A DNA stretch of 18,240 nucleotides from Candidatus Eiseniibacteriota bacterium. GTDB taxonomy: Bacteria > Eisenbacteria > RBG-16-71-46 > DASYSL01. The translations under genes were made by a program, and so were the position numbers. The notes beneath the pieces were generated by a model. The model made no database searches. It saw only the letters and a list, made by a program, of their open reading frames with translations, and was not told where the DNA came from. Every line of letters starts with the position of its first letter. The first letter of the stretch is position 1. Positions 1-5,830 of the stretch are shown here, piece after piece. The stretch spans positions 1-18,240 of the forward strand of contig JANPEF010000051.1 in assembly GCA_031431875.1 (NCBI GenBank). The letters run 5' to 3'.

Positions 1-630
1 TACTTCGACACCGACGGCAAGGCGAAGCTGTTCTACTTCGTGAGCACGGGCACGTACCTGCAGCCCGACGAGAACTCGCTCGCCTTCTGGTTCAGCCCCG
101 GCATCGAGTTCAAACCGGCGTCGAACGTGACGCTGCGCCTCGAGCCGTCGTACGAGCGCAACTCGGAGAACGCGCAGTACATCACGACCTACGACGACGC
201 GGCCGCCACCGCGACCTACGGCAAGCGCTACGTGTTCGCCCGCCTCGACCAGCGCACCTACGCGGCAGGGCTCCGCCTCAACTGGGCGTTCTCGCCGAAC
301 AAGAGCCTGCAATTCTTCGGCCAGCCGCTGGTGTCGATCGGCGAGTACGAGGACTACAAGGCGCTGGCGCGCCCGCGCTCGTACGAGTTCGATGCCGTCC
401 CCATCGCCGACGGCGCGGACGACTTCAACTACAAGTCGCTGCGCGGGAACGCGATCTTCCGCTGGGAATACCGGCCGGGCTCGACGTTCTTCCTGGTGTG
501 GAACCACGGCCGCGAAAACACGGACTCGCTCGGCCCGGGCTTCCCCGCCGGGGACTCGTTCGGCGAGCTGTTCGACACCGAAGCGGACAACATCTTCCTC
601 GCCAAGGTGTCGTACTACTTCACGCTGTAG
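1..630 (+). CDS. 3' part of a DUF5916-like outer-membrane beta-barrel protein (5'-truncated by the window edge)
   Basis: Frame is open from base 1 to TAG at 628-630. Amphipathic beta-strand pattern. C-terminal motifs DFNYKSLRGNAIFRWEYRPGSTFFLVW and NIFLAKVSYYF match my recollection of DUF5916 C-termini. Confidence 0.75.
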   Translation, partial: YFDTDGKAKLFYFVSTGTYLQPDENSLAFWFSPGIEFKPASNVTLRLEPSYERNSENAQYITTYDDAAATATYGKRYVFARLDQRTYAAGLRLNWAFSPNKSLQFFGQPLVSIGEYEDYKALARPRSYEFDAVPIADGADDFNYKSLRGNAIFRWEYRPGSTFFLVWNHGRENTDSLGPGFPAGDSFGELFDTEADNIFLAKVSYYFTL

Positions 631-677
631 ACCCGGACTCGCAGGGAGGAGCGCGCTGCGACCGGCGCGCTCACGGT

Positions 678-707
678 GGGCGGGCTGCCTCGGCGGCCCG
701 CCCTTTT
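678..707 (+). terminator. Rho-independent terminator after the DUF5916-like gene (possibly bidirectional)
   Basis: Stem GGGCGGGCTGC (678-688), loop CTCG, GCGGCCCGCCC (693-703, one G-U pair), then TTTT. A second hairpin GAGCGCGCTG-CGAC-CGGCGCGCTC lies at 649-672. Located between convergent genes. Confidence 0.75.
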
Positions 708-730
708 CCTGCCCGCCGGTTCGACCCCGC

Positions 731-3700
731 TCAGCGCAGCACCACGCCCTTCGTCACCACGCTCTTTCCGCCGTGCGACAGACGCGTCCAGTACACGCCC
801 GGCGCGAGCGCGACGCCCCCGCCGGCGCCTGCACCCCCGCTCCAGTCGAGCATGCCGGGCCCCGGCGCCGCCTCGGCGAGCACCCGCGAAGCGATCCGCC
901 GCCCGCGCACGTCATAGAGCTCGAAGCGCGCCTCACCCGCGGTCGGCAGCGCGTACGACAGGCGCAGGCCTCGCCCCACGGCCGGATTCGGCACGAAGCG
1001 CGCGGAGAGCGAAAGCGACGGCGCATTGCCCGGCCCGCCATCGAGCACCGCCCCGCCGTCGGGCGGGCCGACATGCAGCGCCAGGTCGACGACGAAGAGC
1101 GGTCGCAGGGGATCGTTGGTCGTGATCCGCAGCGTCCCATGGTTCGTCACGTCGCCCTCGCCCGTGCCGCCGTCGTAGCCGACCAGGAGCAGCGCCGAGG
1201 ACAGGGGCGGGATCCCGAGCGTCGGCGATGGCACGGAGAACGGCTTCCCGAGCGAGTAGTTGAGCAGTCGCGCGCGGTCCTCCCCCGACAGTCCGAGCAG
1301 GGGCGGCCCGAACGGTGTGCGCAGCGCCTCCGCAGCCTCGAGGGCAAGGGCGCGGGTCGGCGCCTGCACGGCATAGTGCAGGATGCCGGCGGTCGCCCCC
1401 GGCGCCAGCGTGAACTCGAACTCGTAGCGCACGACCCTCAGTCCGGGGCCGACCGAGGTGAACACGGGACGCAGGGAGGCGCCCGGCCCGGCGATCACGT
1501 GCGCGATCGCGGGCGCCGTATCGTCCTCGATGACGATCCAGTCGTCCGCCGGCTGGAAGCTGCCGTCGCCGCTCGAGGTGATCGTGATGCGCGGCAGCGC
1601 GACGTCGAGATCGCTGCGGAGCGGGATCCGGTACGTGAGCGGCCCTGCGGTCAGGTTGCGGACCGTGTCGTGCCAGCGCGCCCACGCCTCGGTCGGCGAG
1701 ATGTGGACCCGCCGCGTCAGCTCGAAGTTGCCGCTCGTGACGGGACCGAGCACGATCGTCCGCCCACCATCCTCGAGCGTGGCCTGGGCCTGGGGCGGGA
1801 ACCCGGTCCACTTGAGTCCGCCGACGAAACCGCCCGGATCGCCCGTTGCGATCGAGCCGTCCGCCTGCACGTCCCACGCATGCCCTCCGGCGTCGATGCG
1901 CAGTTGGGGCGGCGACACGGTGAGCCCATCCCCCGCGCCGACTCCCTCGCCGGCCCAGGCGTCGAGCGGCGAGGCGGTCCCGTCCGCGACGATCGAGTCG
2001 ACGACGACGGTGGCCGAGACCGAGAGCGGCCACTCGTCCCCGTCGTTGCGAATCGTCACGCTGCGCGTGTCGGCGCCCCCGAACGGCAGCTCGACGAGCG
2101 GAATCGCCGCGGGCTCCACGGCGGCGATCGGCGGACGCAGCGACACGCCGGTGAGCGGGAGCCGGCGAACCGGGTCTGGATTGCTCGACGTGCTGACCAC
2201 CAGCGTGTCGACGAGCGTCCCCGGTTGTGGCCGATCCCACCGCACGACGACGTCGCGACCCTCTCCCGGGTAGAGATTGAACGGCACGGGGGTGACGACG
2301 GAGACCCCGGGCGTGCCCGCGGCGGCCGAAGTGATGCCGAGCGTCGTCGACCCGAACGAGGTGATGCGCACCGTGCGATCGCTGCTCGTGCCGCTCCCGC
2401 TGGATCCGAAGTCGAGCGCTGCGACATCGAGCTGCGCGTACGCCGAGGACACCGTCGCGCGGCCCTGGAGCCCCAGGTTGAACTGCGGCGTCCCCGGGTC
2501 ATCGGTCGTGATGGTTGCGAAGCCGGTGGCGAGCCCCGGCGTGATCCGCAGGTAGCGGACGGTTCGCGTGACCGGGACCCCGGGCTGCACGACGAACGGG
2601 ATCGCTCCCAGGAGAACGAACTCGGGCGAGGACGAGGAGAACGTGAGGATCGTGTACGGAAGCTCCCCCGCGTTGGAGAATGTCACGTACCCATCCGAGA
2701 CGACGAGGTGCGGCGCGTCGCCATAGTCGAACTGCGTCGGCGAGAGCGAGGGAGCCGCAGCGCCTTCTCGCGTCGATCCGCTGAGGGGAACCTCGAGTGT
2801 CGGGTGCAGCAGGTCGTTCGTCGAGACGCGGAGCGTGTCGACGAAGGACCCCACGGTGGCCCGCAGGTAGCGCACCACGATCGACCGGGACTGGAGAGGC
2901 GGAACGACGAGCGGAAAGCTCGTCGTCGTCGTGAACTCCGCTCCGCCGAACGAGCCACTGCCGAGGCTGAGCGAGGATTCGCCGCCGTTGACGAACACGA
3001 GCGTCCGGTTCTCGGGGAACCCCTGGGGCCCAAGCGGCCAGGAGAGCGATCCGGGCAGCACCGAGGCGACCGGCGGCGTGCCCACGCGCGCCGCGGACCG
3101 CAGCGGAACCGTCAACGCGGGGGTCAGCGGGCTGGTCGTCGTGAGCCGCAACGTGTCGAGCGCCGTGCCGAGCTGGGGACGCAATGCCCGGACGGTCATC
3201 GTGCGCATCTGCCCGGCCGGAATCTCGAGGCTGGCGGGCGGGTCGAACTCGAACCCGGGGGTGTCCACGCTGGTGCCGGTGAGAACGACGGAACCGGTTC
3301 CGATGTTCCGCAGCTCAAGGATCGACGCGGTCGCCAACTCGACCGGTTGCTCCCCGAAATCGATGCTCGTCGGCGTCACCTCGAGATTCCCCGTGCACGG
3401 GGTCGCCGCTCCACGGTCGTTGCGCCGGACCGTCAGCGAGGCGCCGCTCAGGTTCGCGGTGATGAAGTCCACGTCGCCATCGAGGTCGAGGTCGGCGCCC
3501 ACCAGGTCGATCGGGTCGAAGTCCACGCTGGCGATCAGTTCGGGCAGAAACGTGCAGGACCCGAGGCTCACGCCGAGATAGGAGCCGATGCCGTGGGCGG
3601 CCGCGAAGTCGATGTGGCCGTCAAGGTTGAAGTCGGCGACGATCGGCGCGAGGGGCTGCGCGCCGAGATCGCCCGCGAGGTACGGTGCGAACCCGCCGCT

Positions 3701-4525
3701 CCCCGTGCCGCGCAGCACGCGCCAGCCGCCGTTGACGCCGCCCGTCGCGCCCACCTCGAGTACGTCGAGCTTTCCGTCCAGATCGATGTCGGCGAGGGCC
3801 ACCCCGCTCGATGCACTCGAGGACGCGACCGGCACCGGTGGCGAGAATCCGCCGGCACCGTTGCTGAAGAGGACCTGCGACGGACCCTGCGTCGAGGCAA
3901 AGTAGACGTCGGGCCCGTGCAGCCCGTCGAGTTGTCCGACCTCGATGCTGCGACTGCGGTCCGAGGTGGCCGCGATCCACGTGCGCGGCGTCCCGAATCC
4001 GCCACCGGACACGCCCGGCACGTCGAACAGCGCCACGCCGAGCTCGTCGGCCGCGATCACCACGTCGAGGATTCCGTCTCCGGTGACGTCGGCCACCTCG
4101 ATCTCGTACGGGATCGTCGGGCACTTCACCGACGCCCCGGGAATGAATCCTCCGGCGCCGTCGCCTCGATAGACGGTGAGCGACGTGTCGCCCGCCGCGC
4201 CGACGAGCAGGTCGAGATTTCCATCGCCCGTCCAGTCCACCACCGCGAGCGCGATCGGCTGCGAATGGACGGGCACGTCGACGCGCGGTTGGAACGTCAG
4301 GTTGCCGTTGCCGGGAAAGATCGAGACCACCGACGTGCCCTGCACGGTGGCGATCACGTCGGGAAGGCCGTCCTCGTTCACGTCGGCGACGGCGACGCTG
4401 CGCGGCACCGGGCCGGTGTTGAGATCGGTGCGCGGACCGAGCAGCTGCGCGGCAGCGGGACTTGCGGTGAGGGAGAGGGCGCACAGGACAACGAGGACCG
4501 GGCGGGACACGCGGCGCGGGAACAT
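731..4525 (-). CDS. Large secreted protein (1264 aa): signal peptide, 7 FG-GAP/VCBS repeats, 4 tandem choice-of-anchor D-like Ig domains, a split Ig domain with an inserted domain, and a T9SS type A/FlgD-Ig-like C-terminal domain
   Basis: ATG at 4525 with GGAGAAAGG RBS 5-6 nt upstream. Sec signal MFPRRVSRPVLVVLCALSLTASPAAA. Repeats ADVNEDGLPDV, VDWTGDGNLDL, ADVTGDGILDV, GQLDGLHGPDV (degenerate), ADIDLDGKLDV, ADFNLDGHIDF, ADLDLDGDVDF. Ig motifs such as PTSIDFG...LRNIGT...DTLRL. C-terminus PNP...YALP...FELYDVRGRRIA...LDW...LAPGVYWTRL...KGVVLR. Confidence 0.85.
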   Translation of the reverse strand: MFPRRVSRPVLVVLCALSLTASPAAAQLLGPRTDLNTGPVPRSVAVADVNEDGLPDVIATVQGTSVVSIFPGNGNLTFQPRVDVPVHSQPIALAVVDWTGDGNLDLLVGAAGDTSLTVYRGDGAGGFIPGASVKCPTIPYEIEVADVTGDGILDVVIAADELGVALFDVPGVSGGGFGTPRTWIAATSDRSRSIEVGQLDGLHGPDVYFASTQGPSQVLFSNGAGGFSPPVPVASSSASSGVALADIDLDGKLDVLEVGATGGVNGGWRVLRGTGSGGFAPYLAGDLGAQPLAPIVADFNLDGHIDFAAAHGIGSYLGVSLGSCTFLPELIASVDFDPIDLVGADLDLDGDVDFITANLSGASLTVRRNDRGAATPCTGNLEVTPTSIDFGEQPVELATASILELRNIGTGSVVLTGTSVDTPGFEFDPPASLEIPAGQMRTMTVRALRPQLGTALDTLRLTTTSPLTPALTVPLRSAARVGTPPVASVLPGSLSWPLGPQGFPENRTLVFVNGGESSLSLGSGSFGGAEFTTTTSFPLVVPPLQSRSIVVRYLRATVGSFVDTLRVSTNDLLHPTLEVPLSGSTREGAAAPSLSPTQFDYGDAPHLVVSDGYVTFSNAGELPYTILTFSSSSPEFVLLGAIPFVVQPGVPVTRTVRYLRITPGLATGFATITTDDPGTPQFNLGLQGRATVSSAYAQLDVAALDFGSSGSGTSSDRTVRITSFGSTTLGITSAAAGTPGVSVVTPVPFNLYPGEGRDVVVRWDRPQPGTLVDTLVVSTSSNPDPVRRLPLTGVSLRPPIAAVEPAAIPLVELPFGGADTRSVTIRNDGDEWPLSVSATVVVDSIVADGTASPLDAWAGEGVGAGDGLTVSPPQLRIDAGGHAWDVQADGSIATGDPGGFVGGLKWTGFPPQAQATLEDGGRTIVLGPVTSGNFELTRRVHISPTEAWARWHDTVRNLTAGPLTYRIPLRSDLDVALPRITITSSGDGSFQPADDWIVIEDDTAPAIAHVIAGPGASLRPVFTSVGPGLRVVRYEFEFTLAPGATAGILHYAVQAPTRALALEAAEALRTPFGPPLLGLSGEDRARLLNYSLGKPFSVPSPTLGIPPLSSALLLVGYDGGTGEGDVTNHGTLRITTNDPLRPLFVVDLALHVGPPDGGAVLDGGPGNAPSLSLSARFVPNPAVGRGLRLSYALPTAGEARFELYDVRGRRIASRVLAEAAPGPGMLDWSGGAGAGGGVALAPGVYWTRLSHGGKSVVTKGVVLR

Positions 4526-4656
4526 GAGGTGCCTTTCTCCAGGGTCGTTCGCCGAGGGTCCGGGTCGCGGGGCAAGCGATCCGGGCGGCGTCTGAGCCCG
4601 TCGGTACATGGAGCGAGGCCCGGGGGGAGTGGGCGCGAGTTGGGGGTCCGGCAAAA

Positions 4657-4685
4657 AGCTTAGTTGGGGTGCCCCAAACCGTCAA
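4657..4685 (-). promoter_or_regulatory. Sigma70-type promoter for the 731..4525 gene
   Basis: Minus strand TTGACG (4685-4680), 17-nt spacer, TAAGCT (4662-4657). The spacer contains the inverted repeat TTGGGG-TG-CCCCAA (4664-4677). Confidence 0.65.
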
Positions 4686-4688
4686 GGT

Positions 4689-4749
4689 CCCAGTCACCCG
4701 ACCCAGTCACCCGACCCAGTCACCCGCCCCAGTCACCCGCCCCAGTCAC
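4689..4749. repeat. 13-bp tandem repeat CCCAGTCACCCG(A/C), 4 full copies plus a 9-bp partial copy
   Basis: Units at 4689-4701 and 4702-4714 end in A; 4715-4727 and 4728-4740 end in C; partial CCCAGTCAC at 4741-4749. Confidence 0.95.
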
Positions 4750-4887
4750 AGGAGCCATGTCCCAGCATGCCCGGCAGACCGGCCCCCAACCATGATTTGC
4801 GGCTGGCTTCGGCCTCGCGGCTGGGGCAAGGTCCGCGCAGAGGTCCCTCATGTTTGCGATGCTTCATCCCCGGCCGTGAGGATCCCC

Positions 4888-5817
4888 ATGCGCTCAGCAA
4901 AACTTCTCCTCGCCACCTGCGGCTGCGCCCTCGTGCTCACCGCCGCCCTCTCGACCCCCGCCCTTGCCGGCCCGACCCGCACGGGGCGTCCACCCGTCGC
5001 AAAAGCCGGGGGAACCGGCCTGCAGTTCACGCTCGAGAACGACGCGACGACTCTCGTCCAGTGCCTGGTGGGGACGAGTGTGCCGATCCGCAATGCGGGC
5101 CTCGTCGCGGCCGACAGCTCCACCGGCCTGTTCACCAACGGCGCGACCATCATCGGCTTCGAGGGCGGCGTCGCCCTCTCGACCGGCACGATCCAGGGCG
5201 CCCTGGGACCCAACAGCGAGTTCGGCAGCGAGGGCAAGGATCACTTCGCCGCCGGCGACCCGGCCCTCGACCAGTTCGTCGATCCGGAAGACACCTATGA
5301 CGCGTGCGTGCTCGCGTTCGAGTTCTTCACCGACCAGCCGCGCACCATCGAGTTCGACTACGTGTTCGCCTCGGAGGAATACTCCGAGTTCGTCGGCGCG
5401 GGCTTCGACGACGTGCTCGCGTTCTTCCTCAACGGCACGGGCGTGGCGCAGAACATCGCGCGCGTCACCGCCGCCTGCGCCACCGTCACGGGCGGGCCCA
5501 CCAGCGTCGACAACGTGAACTGCGGGAATCAGCTCGAACCCACGATCGCGGCCGTGAACTGCGGCTGCTACCGGAACAACGAGTGGAACTACCTGGTCAT
5601 TCCGGCGACGCCGCCGTCGTTCGACAGCGAGATGGACGGGTTCACGACCGTGTTCAAGGCGAGCGGCACGACGGTGACCGGATGGAACACTTTGAAGATC
5701 GCCATCGCCGACGCCGGTGACGGCATCCTCGACTCGAACGTGTACATCCGTTGTCAGAGCTTCATCGTGCCGGCAGCGCCGTCGACCTGGGGCCGGGTGA
5801 AGGCGGGCTATCGCTGA
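4888..5817 (+). CDS. Secreted choice-of-anchor L domain protein (309 aa) with a C-terminal STWGRVKAGYR tail
   Basis: ATG at 4888 after GAGG. Signal peptide MRSAKLLLATCGCALVLTAALSTPALA. Motifs GVALSTG, GDPALD, TYDACVLAFEF, FDYVFASEEYSEFVG, FDDVLAFFLNG, NIA, DGFTTVF and LKIAIADAGDGILDSNVYI fit the choice-of-anchor L domain. Confidence 0.85.
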   Translation: MRSAKLLLATCGCALVLTAALSTPALAGPTRTGRPPVAKAGGTGLQFTLENDATTLVQCLVGTSVPIRNAGLVAADSSTGLFTNGATIIGFEGGVALSTGTIQGALGPNSEFGSEGKDHFAAGDPALDQFVDPEDTYDACVLAFEFFTDQPRTIEFDYVFASEEYSEFVGAGFDDVLAFFLNGTGVAQNIARVTAACATVTGGPTSVDNVNCGNQLEPTIAAVNCGCYRNNEWNYLVIPATPPSFDSEMDGFTTVFKASGTTVTGWNTLKIAIADAGDGILDSNVYIRCQSFIVPAAPSTWGRVKAGYR

Positions 5818-5830
5818 GCGAAGTCGCGCG

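Noticed and set aside
392..4663. 1423-aa plus-strand ORF and other long antisense ORFs (5873..7993, 8521..10710, 10608..12035, 12080..14251)
   Set aside because: Arg/Gly/Ala-rich shadow frames opposite well-supported genes, expected in high-GC DNA, with no recognisable motifs.
4689..4749. Possible CRISPR array or iterons
   Set aside because: The units are contiguous 13-mers without spacers, and there is no cas or rep gene in the window.
4526..4887. Upstream extensions of the ORFs 731..4654 and 4669..5817
   Set aside because: They run through the promoter and tandem repeat. The signal peptides and RBSs point to starts at 4525 and 4888.
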